The translations under genes and the position numbers were made by a program. The notes under the pieces are model-generated. The model made no database searches. It saw only the letters and a program-made list of their open reading frames with translations, and was not told where the DNA came from. From contig CAVZIW010000010.1 of assembly GCA_963775465.1 (NCBI GenBank), forward strand, positions 42,866 to 106,865: 64,000 nt of DNA, written 5' to 3'. This DNA comes from Candidatus Bathyarchaeota archaeon (GTDB lineage: Archaea; Thermoproteota; Bathyarchaeia; Bathyarchaeales; Bathycorpusculaceae). Within the stretch, counting starts at the first letter, position 1. The number at the start of each line of letters is the position of its first letter. Below, one piece after another: positions 1 to 10,332 of the stretch.

Positions 1-1268
1 AGTAATGCCTCATCATCTTTGTCTATTTTGGACGGGGCTGGAATGTGCCCTTCAAACTTGCTGGCAATAAAAGAGAGAGTGCGGTGAATGAAGTTGCCGT
101 ATGTATCGTTTAAGTCTGCGTTAATTTTGTCGCTAAAGGCGCTCCATGTAAAGTTGGTATCCTTGCTCTCAGGGCGAGTCGCAATCAGGAAGAAGCGCCA
201 ATAGTCTACAGGGAACATTTCCAAAGCTTCGTCGATCCAGATTCCGACTCGTTGGCTCTTTGAAGCTTTTTGACCTCTAAACTGAAGGAACTCAGTAGCA
301 GAAACATTCCACGGCAAGTTATATCCTTGTCCTGAAGCCAGAAGGAGTGCTGGTAGAATTATGGTGTGGAAGGGTATGTTATCTTTGCCTACAAAATAGA
401 GCGTTTTAGCATCTTTATCAAACCAGAATTTCCGCCATTTCTCCGGTTTTCCAAGACGTTGGCATTGTTCGATCGTTGCAGAAACATAACCTAGAACCGC
501 ATCAACCCATACATAGATGGTTTTTCCCTCTGCACCTTCAAATGGCGCTGGGATGCCCCATTCGACGTCACGTGTTACGGCTCGGGGTTTTAAGCCTTCT
601 TTTATCCAGTTTAAGCTAAAATTTTTAACATTAGCTGGCAACTGCTGATTTTCTCTGAGGTATCGAGTTAAGGGGTCAGCAAGTTTAGAGAGATCAATGT
701 ACCAGTGCTTTGTTGTTTTCACTGTAGGTTTACTTTTGCAGATCACACAGTACGGTTCAACAAGTGAAGTGGGTTCAAGGAGCTTGCCGCACATGTCGCA
801 TTGGTCACCACGGGCTTTCTCACAGCCACAGTAAGGGCATTTGCCTTCTACAAATCGATCTGGTAAAAATCGTTGATCATGGTCGCAATAGAGCATTTGG
901 GTCTCTTTGCTTAATATATAGCCGTTTTGTTGGATTTCAAGTAAAGTTTTTTGAACAAACTGTTTATGGATGGGGCTCTCTGTTGTTGTGTAATTGTCAA
1001 AGGATGCATTCCATTTATGGAAGAGTTCGGAGACTTTGGCGTGATTTTTGTCTGTTAGGGTTTTTGGCGTAATGCCTTGTTTAATTGCTTCAACCTCAAT
1101 TGGTGTGCCGTGAGTATCAGATCCGCTAACCATTAGCACGTCACTGCCTTTGAGCCTGTAATACCTTGCTGCAACATCTGCCGAAAGGACCGATCCCACT
1201 AAATTACCAAGATGTGGCGTAACGTTGATGTATGGCCAAGCGGAGGTAACTAAAACTTTTTCTGGCAA
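1..1268 (-). CDS. metG: Methionine--tRNA ligase, N-terminal part (runs off the left edge)
   Basis: Manual translation from TTG at 1268 (GGAG upstream): LPEKVLVTSAWPYINVTPHLGNLVGSVLSADV..SGSDTHGTP, Zn-knuckle Cys pairs, RDVEWGIP, YVWVDA, GKDNIPFH. Confidence 0.95.
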   Translation of the reverse strand, partial: MPEKVLVTSAWPYINVTPHLGNLVGSVLSADVAARYYRLKGSDVLMVSGSDTHGTPIEVEAIKQGITPKTLTDKNHAKVSELFHKWNASFDNYTTTESPIHKQFVQKTLLEIQQNGYILSKETQMLYCDHDQRFLPDRFVEGKCPYCGCEKARGDQCDMCGKLLEPTSLVEPYCVICKSKPTVKTTKHWYIDLSKLADPLTRYLRENQQLPANVKNFSLNWIKEGLKPRAVTRDVEWGIPAPFEGAEGKTIYVWVDAVLGYVSATIEQCQRLGKPEKWRKFWFDKDAKTLYFVGKDNIPFHTIILPALLLASGQGYNLPWNVSATEFLQFRGQKASKSQRVGIWIDEALEMFPVDYWRFFLIATRPESKDTNFTWSAFSDKINADLNDTYGNFIHRTLSFIASKFEGHIPAPSKIDKDDEAL

Positions 1269-1441
1269 CCTAATCTCCAACAAACGGTTAAGTACCAACC
1301 TTATTAAAATTGCTATAATAAACGCAATGAGTTCAAAGTCGATTTTAACCTCTTTTACTGTGGCTGGGTATTTAAAAATCTTGGATTCTTTGGGAATGCT
1401 TAAATTTTAAAGTTACAATACCCGTAACTTGAGGACTGCCT

Positions 1442-2515
1442 TTGCCTTATTGTCGAAGATGCGGAACCAAACTTGATGAAACTGCACATTTCTGTTATAA
1501 ATGTGGAACGCCAGGTGCTTTACCTTACTCGTACCTGCCGCCCCCGCCTCCTAAATCTCAAGTTCCTCTGAGAAAAGATCCAGTCATAGTAATTGCAATT
1601 GTCTTAATGTCAATATTGCTTGCAAGCGTTTTTGTAGCAATTTTGCTTAGTGCACCTTTTGCAACAATTAATATAGAACAAACTTACCAAGACAATACCG
1701 CTAACATTGATATGTTAAACCTAAACTTTCAATCTAGTGCTGCAAAAGTTACAATCTTTACTCAAAAAATTAACGACAATAATTTCTTGATTGCAATTGA
1801 TGGGATAGCTTCGAAAGGTATGTTTAGTGGCGAAACTGGTAACCCCATAGCATTAACCACTTATAATGGCACCGAAGACGGCGTTTTAACAATAACAATT
1901 ATCCTTGAAGAATCAACTGCTTTTTCTAGGTTAACAGTGGACTGTACGATTTATGTTAACCCTGAATTGAAACTAAGTCTTAACGTAACCTCCAAAGCGG
2001 GACAGGTCAGCTTAACCGCCGATAAAGAAGCGACCTTTCAAAATCTTAATCTTCAGAGTTCTGCGGGGCAAGTTCAAGCAAACCTGCAGAATGCAACGAT
2101 TGAGGGAAATTTGTCTCTTAAAACTCAAGCTGGAAGAGTGGATTTTAGAGTAAGCCAGGTCAAAGTTGAAGGGAACAATACAATCACTCTGCAGGCTAAC
2201 ACTGGATCTATAAATATGGATATTAATGAAACTAAGACTCTTCAAGGAAACCTCTATGTTAACGCTCTTACGGATTTGGGTTCTATAAACTTGGATTTAG
2301 CTGTGGATAGTGGTGTTGCAGCAAAGGTGACTTCCCAAACTAGCCTTGGAAGTATCCATATTACGCAAAAGAATTTTTCAGGTAGTCAATCTCCAATTCA
2401 ATCGAACAATTACCCTGATCAGAGTAACATTGAAATTAACAACAAGACTAACCTCGGCAGCATCAATATAAACGCAAACTATCAATCTGTAACAAGCCCA
2501 AACACTAGAAACTAA
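1442..2515 (+). CDS. Zinc-ribbon + TM + DUF4097/adhesin-like beta-repeat protein
   Basis: N-terminal CxxC..CxxC, Pro-rich linker, one TM helix, repeated xxxG(S/Q)(V/I) beta-strand motifs. Confidence 0.7.
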   Translation: MPYCRRCGTKLDETAHFCYKCGTPGALPYSYLPPPPPKSQVPLRKDPVIVIAIVLMSILLASVFVAILLSAPFATINIEQTYQDNTANIDMLNLNFQSSAAKVTIFTQKINDNNFLIAIDGIASKGMFSGETGNPIALTTYNGTEDGVLTITIILEESTAFSRLTVDCTIYVNPELKLSLNVTSKAGQVSLTADKEATFQNLNLQSSAGQVQANLQNATIEGNLSLKTQAGRVDFRVSQVKVEGNNTITLQANTGSINMDINETKTLQGNLYVNALTDLGSINLDLAVDSGVAAKVTSQTSLGSIHITQKNFSGSQSPIQSNNYPDQSNIEINNKTNLGSININANYQSVTSPNTRN

Positions 2516-2577
2516 AAACATCAAGAAAGCCCTAAATGTTTAAAACTCTCTACAGACCTTTTTAGGATAATAAAGAG

Positions 2578-2817
2578 GTGAATTTTTTGGTACAAATAAC
2601 TCGTCAACAACTCCAAGAAAACAACGGAAAAAATGGGAAACCAGCCTATGTTGCTTATCAAGGCAAAGTCTACGAAGTTACAGACAGTAGCTTCTGGATG
2701 GAAGGAGACCACCTAGGAATGCATGAAGCAGGCAAAGATTTAACAGAAGAATTAGAAATGGCGCCGCATAAAGACGAAAATCTTCAGAGAGTAAAATTAG
2801 TAGGTGACTTGGTTTAG
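2578..2817 (+). CDS. Cytochrome b5-like heme/steroid-binding domain protein
   Basis: NGKNGKPAYVAYQGKVYEVT..W..G.H...H.AGKDLT..APH pattern. Confidence 0.85.
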   Translation: MNFLVQITRQQLQENNGKNGKPAYVAYQGKVYEVTDSSFWMEGDHLGMHEAGKDLTEELEMAPHKDENLQRVKLVGDLV

Positions 2818-4049
2818 AAAATGAAGTTTAGCACAGAATCAACTCTGTGCAAAGCTTCAAACACATTTTTTATGTCTTTAACACTCAAAGTTTCCCTTGT
2901 TTTGTAAAGTTCATTAACTGTTGTGTTCAGGCAATCAAAGGCCGATTTTACGTCTAAATCGTTGTTCATATTGCGTTCAAAATCAACTTTTATTTTCTTT
3001 GTTGTCTCTTCATGTTTTGCATTTTCATTAGTTGCTTTTATTTCTGTTATCTCAGAAATCATTTTTCTGAAACTATCTAACATTTGGCTCGTTTCTGCTA
3101 TCTTTTCATAAGTAAAATTCAGTTTTTTCCTATAGCATCCATAGATTAAGAAGAACCTCAATTGATCACCGCTAAAACCCTGAGTGGAAACATCGCTTGT
3201 ATAGAGTACATTGCCTTTGCTTTTGGACATTTTTGCGCCATCAACAAAAAGATGACCGCCATGAAGCCAGTAGCGTGAAAACTGTTTTCCTGAACATGCC
3301 TCTGCAACCGCCAGTGTGTAGTCGTGATGTCTGACCAAATTGTCAATTCCTCCGCAGGCAACATCAATAGAAAAACCCATTTGTTTTGTTACTATTGCTG
3401 CATCTTGAATGTTCCAAGCCGGTCTGCCTCTGCCAATTGTTGTATCGTAGCAAAAATCTTCTCGGTCGCAGCCATGCCACAAAACAAAGTCGCCTTTATT
3501 CCAAGGTGTTCCAGGATAAGTATCCAAATGGAAGTGTCGTTTCTGTTTGGGCCATTTTGTAATGTCAAGGTGTGCAAGTTTGCCAAAACCACCGAACTTT
3601 AGGGGGTCATAATATGCGTTTTTTTTGCCATTGTAAGAGTACCAATAAGCATATCCATTTTCGAGAAGTTTAGAAATTAATTTGACTGATTGATCAACTG
3701 CTTTTGATGCTCTAATTGGGTAGGTTGGCTTTTTGATTCTTAATAGCTCAAAATCTTTAAAAAAAACGTCTTCGTTTTTTGCTGTCAACTCTTCAACTGT
3801 CACTTTTTCTTTTTTAGCTTGTAAAATTGCTTTGTCTTCGATATCTGTTAATGTCATTAATCGCTCGACTTTGTAGCCTTGGTATTCCATGTATCGTTGG
3901 AAGATGTCTTCGAAAAGGAAGGTGCGGAAGTTCCCGATGTGGGCCCGTTGATATGTTGAGGGACCACACGTGTACATTTTGACCTTCATGTCTTTGGCTG
4001 GTTTGAACCCTTCAATTTTGCAAGTTAATGAATTGAAAATTTTCAGCAT
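2814..4049 (-). CDS. Class I cysteinyl-tRNA synthetase-like protein with divergent active site
   Basis: CGPSTY..AHIGN, DFVLW, GRPAW, KMSKS motifs; two canonical Zn-site residues substituted. Confidence 0.8.
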   Translation of the reverse strand: MLKIFNSLTCKIEGFKPAKDMKVKMYTCGPSTYQRAHIGNFRTFLFEDIFQRYMEYQGYKVERLMTLTDIEDKAILQAKKEKVTVEELTAKNEDVFFKDFELLRIKKPTYPIRASKAVDQSVKLISKLLENGYAYWYSYNGKKNAYYDPLKFGGFGKLAHLDITKWPKQKRHFHLDTYPGTPWNKGDFVLWHGCDREDFCYDTTIGRGRPAWNIQDAAIVTKQMGFSIDVACGGIDNLVRHHDYTLAVAEACSGKQFSRYWLHGGHLFVDGAKMSKSKGNVLYTSDVSTQGFSGDQLRFFLIYGCYRKKLNFTYEKIAETSQMLDSFRKMISEITEIKATNENAKHEETTKKIKVDFERNMNNDLDVKSAFDCLNTTVNELYKTRETLSVKDIKNVFEALHRVDSVLNFIF

Positions 4050-4058
4050 TTTTTGGTT

Positions 4059-4535
4059 TTACTCAGTTGGATTTTGTTCTTGTTCGATTTGTCTTAATGT
4101 ATTTTTTGCTTCCTCGACGTGGCGTTCTGCTTTAGTTTGCGAAACAAAAACGTGTCGAACAATACCCTTCTTATCGATAATGTATGTTACTCGCCCTGGG
4201 ATTATTCCCATAGTTGAAGGTACACCATACAGTTCTCGCACTTTATTATCCACATCTGCAAGAAGAATAAATGGTAGTCCGTAATGTGTGGCGAAGGATT
4301 TGTGCGATTCTACGCTTTGCCCGCTTACTCCAATGACTTCAGCTCCTAATTCTGTCAGTTCTTCATAGTTATCCCTAAAAGTGCATGCCTCCTTGGTGCA
4401 GCCTGATGTTTCATCTTTAGGGTAAAAATAGAGAACTATGTTTTTCTTGCCCAAATATTCTGAGAGAGTTACATTGTCCCCCATCTGTGAAGGAAGTGTG
4501 AAATCAGGTGCTTTATCTCCTGCTTTAACTTGCAA
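4059..4535 (-). CDS. bcp: Peroxiredoxin (BCP/PrxQ family)
   Basis: YFYPKDETSGCTKEAC motif; probable TTG start at 4535 after GGTGA. Confidence 0.9.
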   Translation of the reverse strand: MQVKAGDKAPDFTLPSQMGDNVTLSEYLGKKNIVLYFYPKDETSGCTKEACTFRDNYEELTELGAEVIGVSGQSVESHKSFATHYGLPFILLADVDNKVRELYGVPSTMGIIPGRVTYIIDKKGIVRHVFVSQTKAERHVEEAKNTLRQIEQEQNPTE

Positions 4536-4635
4536 AAAATCACCGAACAATATTGACTTTAATAGGCTATTATTGTTTTCGTAGATCAAAATCAAATGTT
4601 ATAAATGGCAATGTGTATAGAAACATGGCGATTGT

Positions 4636-5235
4636 TTGGAAAAAACATTGAATGCTGTCAACCATCAATGTCACGCTATATATTTTGTTGCTTCTGGGGT
4701 TCCAGTTGTTTTTTTCCACGGTTTATCCTATACTGGTAAGATTTGGCAACAGATCGGCGTAACTGACCTCTTAACTGAGAAGCGCATTCCTTTCTTAGCA
4801 TTGGATATGCCATATGGGATGAGAAGTCAATGTCAACCAAAAACGCGTAGCCCAGAAAAAAACATCCTTTTTGCAAATGAAGCAATCAACTCTGTTTTCG
4901 AGTCTCAAACTCCTATTTTGGTTGGTGCAAGCATCGGCGGAAACATTGCACTCAGATACGCAACACGGTTTCCTGCTAAAGGTTTGTTATTGATTGCCCC
5001 TGCAAGATCTCTTGAACCAGACATTCTAAAGGCGTATAATCAATTCAAATTTCCCTCAACTATTGTTTGGGGTTCCGAAGATAATATCGTTGCAAGTGAA
5101 GACATGCGTACTTTGGTTGATAAGTTGCCAAACGCAAAACTAGTTATCTACGATGGCGCAGGTCATTCTGCTTACAAGGACCAATCTGATCGTTTTAAAC
5201 ATGATTTACTTGAGTTATACGCAAGGTCAGAATAG
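4636..5235 (+). CDS. Alpha/beta hydrolase
   Basis: FFHG, GASIGG nucleophile elbow, WGSED, GAGH. Confidence 0.85.
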   Translation: MEKTLNAVNHQCHAIYFVASGVPVVFFHGLSYTGKIWQQIGVTDLLTEKRIPFLALDMPYGMRSQCQPKTRSPEKNILFANEAINSVFESQTPILVGASIGGNIALRYATRFPAKGLLLIAPARSLEPDILKAYNQFKFPSTIVWGSEDNIVASEDMRTLVDKLPNAKLVIYDGAGHSAYKDQSDRFKHDLLELYARSE

Positions 5236-5259
5236 GCAGTTTTGCAGGAGTATGTTGGC

Positions 5260-5817
5260 TTAGTGTGGTTTAGCTTTTATTATATAATGGTGAGGTCCGG
5301 CATCCCTCGCGTCTATCAAAGTGAACCCTGCTGCCTTCATTAGCCCTTCGGCATATTCTTCGCTGAACCTAATGTTGATAGGTGGACCAAACGGCATCGC
5401 TATTTTTTTCCAATCCAAGTCAACTAGCATTCCTGTTGGCTTGATCATTTGCCAAGCATTGTCAAGCACTTTTGCGGGGTTGCTAAAGTCATGTAAATCC
5501 ATGCTGTAAAATATGAAGTCGGCGCAATGGCTGCAAAAAACAGTATCTTCGGCTTTTCCTGCTTTTGTGGTTATGTTGGTTAAGCCCTCGGAAGAAGCTT
5601 TGAGTTTTAGTTTCTCAATGGCTTGACTGTCGACATCGATAGCGTAGACTCTTCCTTTTTCACCAACTTTTTTTGCAGCTAGAATACTAAAGAAGCCGTC
5701 GCCGCACCCAACATCAACAAAAGTCATGCCTGAATGTAATTCATGCAAAATAATTTCTGGATTGTACCATGAGCGTCTGGTTGCTTCGTCGAGGCTGAAT
5801 CCACCGTGACATCCCAT
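5260..5817 (-). CDS. Class I SAM-dependent methyltransferase
   Basis: VDVGCGDG motif I, VYAID motif II. Confidence 0.9.
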   Translation of the reverse strand: MGCHGGFSLDEATRRSWYNPEIILHELHSGMTFVDVGCGDGFFSILAAKKVGEKGRVYAIDVDSQAIEKLKLKASSEGLTNITTKAGKAEDTVFCSHCADFIFYSMDLHDFSNPAKVLDNAWQMIKPTGMLVDLDWKKIAMPFGPPINIRFSEEYAEGLMKAAGFTLIDARDAGPHHYIIKAKPH

Positions 5818-5826
5818 AAGCTGGCA

Positions 5827-6123
5827 CTACTTTTCCAGGAGTTGTCGAATTTGTTTTTCGTGTGTTTGGCGAGTTGTGAGGGGGTAAATCTCTCTGTCTA
5901 AGTCAAAGAACATTGGATCTTGCCCGATGATTTTGGAGAGTTTTTCGTCTGATTCAGCGTTGACAATTAACATACTTCCCTGTTGCCCAATTAAGTGGTA
6001 GTAGGTTTCTAGAGTTTTTTCTTTTTCTAAGTCTTCAAAATACTTGAATTGCAGCGGAAGCATCCTTGACCATTTTTCAATCGAAACTTCACGTTTAACT
6101 TTTTGAATTATTAGGAATTTCAT
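5827..6123 (-). CDS. Small dimeric alpha-beta barrel (muconolactone isomerase/DUF3303-like) protein
   Basis: 98 aa; G..GSMLIVNAES...L..II..DPM..EIYPL pattern. Confidence 0.55.
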   Translation of the reverse strand: MKFLIIQKVKREVSIEKWSRMLPLQFKYFEDLEKEKTLETYYHLIGQQGSMLIVNAESDEKLSKIIGQDPMFFDLDREIYPLTTRQTHEKQIRQLLEK

Positions 6124-6206
6124 AGCTCATTCCATACAAAGGTAACTGGGGTTAACTATAAAGCCTTTTTAAAAAATGGAAAAATTGAGATTGAAGAGGG
6201 CGAAGT

Positions 6207-6350
6207 TTATTCTTTCTTTTCTCCGTGTCCCTTCCACATTTCCTGCATTCTCATGGGCATTTTTGACATTGCATCTTTGGCTAGATCCATCAATTGTTCA
6301 TTAACTTCAAGTTCAACTGTTATCTTTAGTTTGCCTTTTTTTTCTGCCAT
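6207..6350 (-). CDS. Small hypothetical protein (47 aa, below ORF-track cutoff)
   Basis: MAEKKGKLKITVELEVNEQLMDLAKDAMSKMPMRMQEMWKGHGEKKE; starts 1 nt after the stop of 6352-6657. Confidence 0.55.
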   Translation of the reverse strand: MAEKKGKLKITVELEVNEQLMDLAKDAMSKMPMRMQEMWKGHGEKKE

Positions 6351-6351
6351 T

Positions 6352-6657
6352 TCAGTCATGGAACCACCTCCTGTATCTGTATAACTGTTGAGGAAAAAGG
6401 TTAGAGAGAAGATGCACAGCTTGTTTACCTGTTAGCTCCAAGTCGATTTCGATTCGATAATGAAACTTGCCTAAACGTTTTGTGTGGGTTTTGTATTTAC
6501 CGATTACTTCAGTATCCCTGAAGCGGTGTAATTGTTGATTAACAAGAAGCGTTATTGCTGTGGGTGCTAAGGGTTCAAAGACAAGAGCCGTTCTGAACAA
6601 CACTCGGATAGCGCTTCCTATGAGCGATTCTGAAATCGATGCTCGATTATTTGCCAT
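6352..6657 (-). CDS. Hypothetical protein
   Basis: 101-aa ORF with GAGG upstream; tightly coupled to the downstream small ORF. Confidence 0.55.
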   Translation of the reverse strand: MANNRASISESLIGSAIRVLFRTALVFEPLAPTAITLLVNQQLHRFRDTEVIGKYKTHTKRLGKFHYRIEIDLELTGKQAVHLLSNLFPQQLYRYRRWFHD

Positions 6658-6790
6658 GATTTTTCCTCAAAATTTAAGCTACAAAATCGAGATATTATCT
6701 CCTAAATCATTAATCCTTTACTTGATTAAAAACTTTTTTAGAGACGAATTTTTAAGTTACTCCAGAAATTAAAGTCAAGGCGTTCTCTAA

Positions 6791-7294
6791 ATGTCACTTG
6801 AAGAAATACAGATGCAAATTTACGGTTGCAAAAAATGCCGTCTCTGGCAAGGAGCAAAGCACGCTGTTCCAGGCGAAGGACCATTAAACTCCAAAGTAAT
6901 GATTGTTGGGCAAAATCCGGGTTCGGATGAAGATGAAACGGGGCGGCCGTTTATTGGCAGGGCAGGAAAATACCTCACAAAAACCCTTGCTGATTTCGGA
7001 ATAAACCGTGAAGAAGTATTCATAACAAATATAGTGAAACATGTTTCACCAGGAAACCGCAAGCCTCTTCCAGATGAAGTAGTTGCATGCCTACCTTATC
7101 TGACTGAGCAAATCAGAATAATTAAACCAAAAATTATTGTTCTTCTAGGCGCCTCTGCAAAAGAAACTCCCCGACAGCAAGGAATAGAATACTTCGAAGT
7201 TGTTCATCCTTCCGCTGCCATGCGATTTACAAAGATGCGTGAACGATTCAGAACACAAATCGAGCAATTAGCAAACCGCATTAACCGAATTTAG
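6791..7294 (+). CDS. udg: Uracil-DNA glycosylase family 4
   Basis: CxxC, GEGP..MIVGQNPG..ED.GRPFIG.AG, ITNIVK, HPSA. Confidence 0.9.
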   Translation: MSLEEIQMQIYGCKKCRLWQGAKHAVPGEGPLNSKVMIVGQNPGSDEDETGRPFIGRAGKYLTKTLADFGINREEVFITNIVKHVSPGNRKPLPDEVVACLPYLTEQIRIIKPKIIVLLGASAKETPRQQGIEYFEVVHPSAAMRFTKMRERFRTQIEQLANRINRI

Positions 7295-7402
7295 CTAACT
7301 ACCCATATCACGGGCTAAATGTCATATTCATTTTACAGATAGTGCGCTCTTGTAGTAAAGGTAACTCTAGATAATCCATCTTGGAGATATAATTTCTAAA
7401 AT

Positions 7403-8032
7403 TTACTTCATTGGTTGCCTTATTATGGTTCTCAATTTCTCTGGTGCTATCCTGCCGGGGTTGTTTAGATAGATTTCATGATGTTTGCCCCTTAGAGTGT
7501 ACCCGATGTTTTGAATAAACTCATGTATCTTCGCGATGGTTGCTCCTTCGCTTGAATATGGTCCAATATACATGATTTGCGCGGCCTTCCCCTCGAAGAA
7601 ACTTTCAAACCGTATTTTAGCGATCGCTGGCAGGTCTTTCTTTTTCTTTATTTGTTCAATTGCTTCTTTTACGTCTTCAGAGGTAACATATTGGGGTTGC
7701 ATTATCATCGCGGTCCATTTCCATTCGTCTTTGCGATCTGCGCTGAATTTTGTCATGTCGTCAGCCCACCATAATCCCTCTAGAGGCAAAACCACATAGT
7801 CGACATCTCTGCTTTTTTTGATCATGAACTTGAGAGTATATGAAACACTAAACAATGCTTCAATTGCCACTATGTACTCAGGGGAATTGTTGGGGGATCT
7901 CTGTCCGTCAACCATAAGAAAATTCATAGCTGGCACGTCAACAACTGTGACTTCTTTAGATGAAGCATTGTAGAATTCTTTACACTGTTTTTTTATATCC
8001 ACTTTATCCATAATAATCCAATCAAACTCCAA
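7403..8032 (-). CDS. GyrI-like small-molecule-binding domain protein
   Basis: PLEGLWW, GPYSSEG, GKHHEIYLN, LRTIIRQP motifs. Confidence 0.85.
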   Translation of the reverse strand: MEFDWIIMDKVDIKKQCKEFYNASSKEVTVVDVPAMNFLMVDGQRSPNNSPEYIVAIEALFSVSYTLKFMIKKSRDVDYVVLPLEGLWWADDMTKFSADRKDEWKWTAMIMQPQYVTSEDVKEAIEQIKKKKDLPAIAKIRFESFFEGKAAQIMYIGPYSSEGATIAKIHEFIQNIGYTLRGKHHEIYLNNPGRIAPEKLRTIIRQPMK

Positions 8033-8121
8033 TCCTGCCTAAGACAATAAATAATTTTTTGCATTAGGCGATAGAATTTTGATTTTTAAATTTAGGAATT
8101 GAAAAAAACCAGAGTTCATGA

Positions 8122-10188
8122 TTAGGTTGCTCTTGGATTTATAGCGCCTTTGGTGTAGGGAATGAACTCGCGAATTTGCTCAATAGAGACCTTGCCTGCT
8201 TTTTCCCGTTGGTCTTTTGACAACTTGAGCGTTAGTGTCTTGAGAGTCTGCTTAAGCAAGTCTTTCCCCATGTTATCTCCAGGACTTATGATAATATATG
8301 ATTTTGTTTTGGCTTTAACAGCATCTATCGGACCGCCAACAAAAACGGTTTCTTCGCCTACAACCAGGCCGACTGCGACTCGAAGTGGTGTATTCCTATA
8401 CCAATTACGTTTCCCAGAAACAAAGAACGCTCCATGAGGCACAGACTCGCCAGATGGACCACTTTTACTGAGCTGATCGACTTTAACCCAGTAAACATCC
8501 ACCGATCCTGCATTCTCACGCCAAGCCCTAGAAAAAGACGCTGCGAATTCACTAGCTTCTTTTAGGGTTTGTTCGCCGATCGAGTTTCCTTCTGCTTTGA
8601 CGACAACAAACGGCGCTCCTGTGATTTCTGCGTGGAAAACAACATCTTCCTGTGAGGTGTACTTCTTGACCAAAACTTCGTTACTGACAGTATCTTTGCC
8701 CGCAACCACCAACAAACCCTCCGATGAAAAAAACCAACGGAATTTTTCATACCACTCCCTGTTTGCCATTTCTTCTTTACGTTTAGAGAGGGCTTCCATA
8801 ATTTCAGCAGGTTTGAGACTTTTCATGTGCTCCGCTTCGGCTAACTCGCGCTCAGCTCTTGATAGTTTGCGTTTCGAATCTTGCAGAGCTGACAGGGCAC
8901 CCTGAGCTTTTTCTTTTGCGTGTTTGCCACGTTCATAATATCTATTCGCGTTATCAAAAAGCGAATCCCGCAAGTTAAAGCTAAAATGAAAATTGTCTAA
9001 ATCTAGGTTTAAGGCCAGGTTTTTGCCGTCAAACGATTCAACATATATTGCAGGAATCTTGCCGGCTTTTTTAGCTGCCATAACGGTTGAGATAATTTTG
9101 TCCCAGTCGTGTCCCTTCTGGTTTGCTTTTATAAGTTGTTCTTGGAACGTTTGAAACATATTAAAATGGGCGTAGATTGTATCGCCGATCTGCTTGTCCT
9201 TCTCAGATTTCTTCTGATCCTCTACGATAGATTTCTCTTGTTCAGCTACCACTCGTTTGAGGCGTTGGGTTTCCTGTTTTAATTTGTCAGTCTCGATGCT
9301 TCCAGCTGCTTTCTCAGCAACAGTTACTCGCAAATAAAACTCATCCAAAGCTTGATTGAAAGATTCGTAAACCTGAACTTTCAAACCCTCATAACGTTTG
9401 AGTTTGAAAGGGACGGCATCTAAATAGTCACCGTTCTTATCCAAGATTATACTCGGCTCAAACTTACACTCCAAAACAGGCAAAAGCAAGCTTTGAAGCG
9501 CCTCAAAAATCGCTTTAACTTCATCAACGGTCAAATCATTGCTGGGTTTAGTTTTTTCTACTTGTGCCCTAAGCAAAAGCTCTTCAGCGTAAACTCCACC
9601 AATACCCAAAGACCTTGCTAATCCTCGAACAACTTCTACATTGGCAGTGCTTTTTAAGATATCTTGGAGTTCGAGCATGGATACTTTGAAGGGGTTTTTT
9701 CCGCTAGAAGGTGGAAGCACAAGAGTTACTTTGTGCAAGATGTCGCGGTCTCTCATCTTCTTAAATTCCAAAGCTTGGATGATTGCGTCTTTCTCGTTTG
9801 TCAAGATAATGTTACCGTCGCCGAAAAGTTCCACCACTAACTTGAGCATTCCAATTTTGGTTTCAAAGGTAATTGTTACGATTCTCTCAAATCCAGCTTG
9901 CTCAATTCCTCTTAACCACGAATCACGCAGATACTTGCGCATCATCATGCAGAAAGCTGGGGGCTCAGCGGGGCTTTCTTCCGCATAGCTTGTCGAGTGG
10001 AGCCTTCTGCCTGCTTCAACCACCAGTCTTATGGGTGGATTGTCGGTTTTGTGCAGTTTAAAGATTAAAGTTTTTTCTCCGAATTGGTAGATGTTATTCA
10101 CTCTGGAATTAGGGATTAGCGTTTTTAGTTCTTCAGTTGCTGCAGCTATATCAAAGCTTGTAAATTCTTTTTTACGCAACTCTTGCAC
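8122..10188 (-). CDS. rqcH: Rqc2/NEMF (aRqcH, NFACT family) ribosome quality-control factor
   Basis: FCMMMRKYL, ELFGDGNIIL, coiled coil, WYEKFRWF, AGKD, FHAEITGAP. Confidence 0.92.
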   Translation of the reverse strand: MQELRKKEFTSFDIAAATEELKTLIPNSRVNNIYQFGEKTLIFKLHKTDNPPIRLVVEAGRRLHSTSYAEESPAEPPAFCMMMRKYLRDSWLRGIEQAGFERIVTITFETKIGMLKLVVELFGDGNIILTNEKDAIIQALEFKKMRDRDILHKVTLVLPPSSGKNPFKVSMLELQDILKSTANVEVVRGLARSLGIGGVYAEELLLRAQVEKTKPSNDLTVDEVKAIFEALQSLLLPVLECKFEPSIILDKNGDYLDAVPFKLKRYEGLKVQVYESFNQALDEFYLRVTVAEKAAGSIETDKLKQETQRLKRVVAEQEKSIVEDQKKSEKDKQIGDTIYAHFNMFQTFQEQLIKANQKGHDWDKIISTVMAAKKAGKIPAIYVESFDGKNLALNLDLDNFHFSFNLRDSLFDNANRYYERGKHAKEKAQGALSALQDSKRKLSRAERELAEAEHMKSLKPAEIMEALSKRKEEMANREWYEKFRWFFSSEGLLVVAGKDTVSNEVLVKKYTSQEDVVFHAEITGAPFVVVKAEGNSIGEQTLKEASEFAASFSRAWRENAGSVDVYWVKVDQLSKSGPSGESVPHGAFFVSGKRNWYRNTPLRVAVGLVVGEETVFVGGPIDAVKAKTKSYIIISPGDNMGKDLLKQTLKTLTLKLSKDQREKAGKVSIEQIREFIPYTKGAINPRAT

Positions 10189-10332
10189 CGTTTGAGGTCT
10201 ATATTATATTCCACTATGAAATAACCATTTACGCTTACTTGGCAAAAAGATAGGTTGAGCAGGCAGAAACGGTTAATACTTAGGCATCTTTTTTAAGTAA
10301 GAACAAAATATATGTGCCAAGGATAGATTCAC

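Noticed and set aside
764-1410. Plus-strand ORFs over metG, and similar shadow ORFs antisense to other long genes (e.g. 61028-61618)
   Set aside because: They overlap well-supported genes on the opposite strand or in another frame
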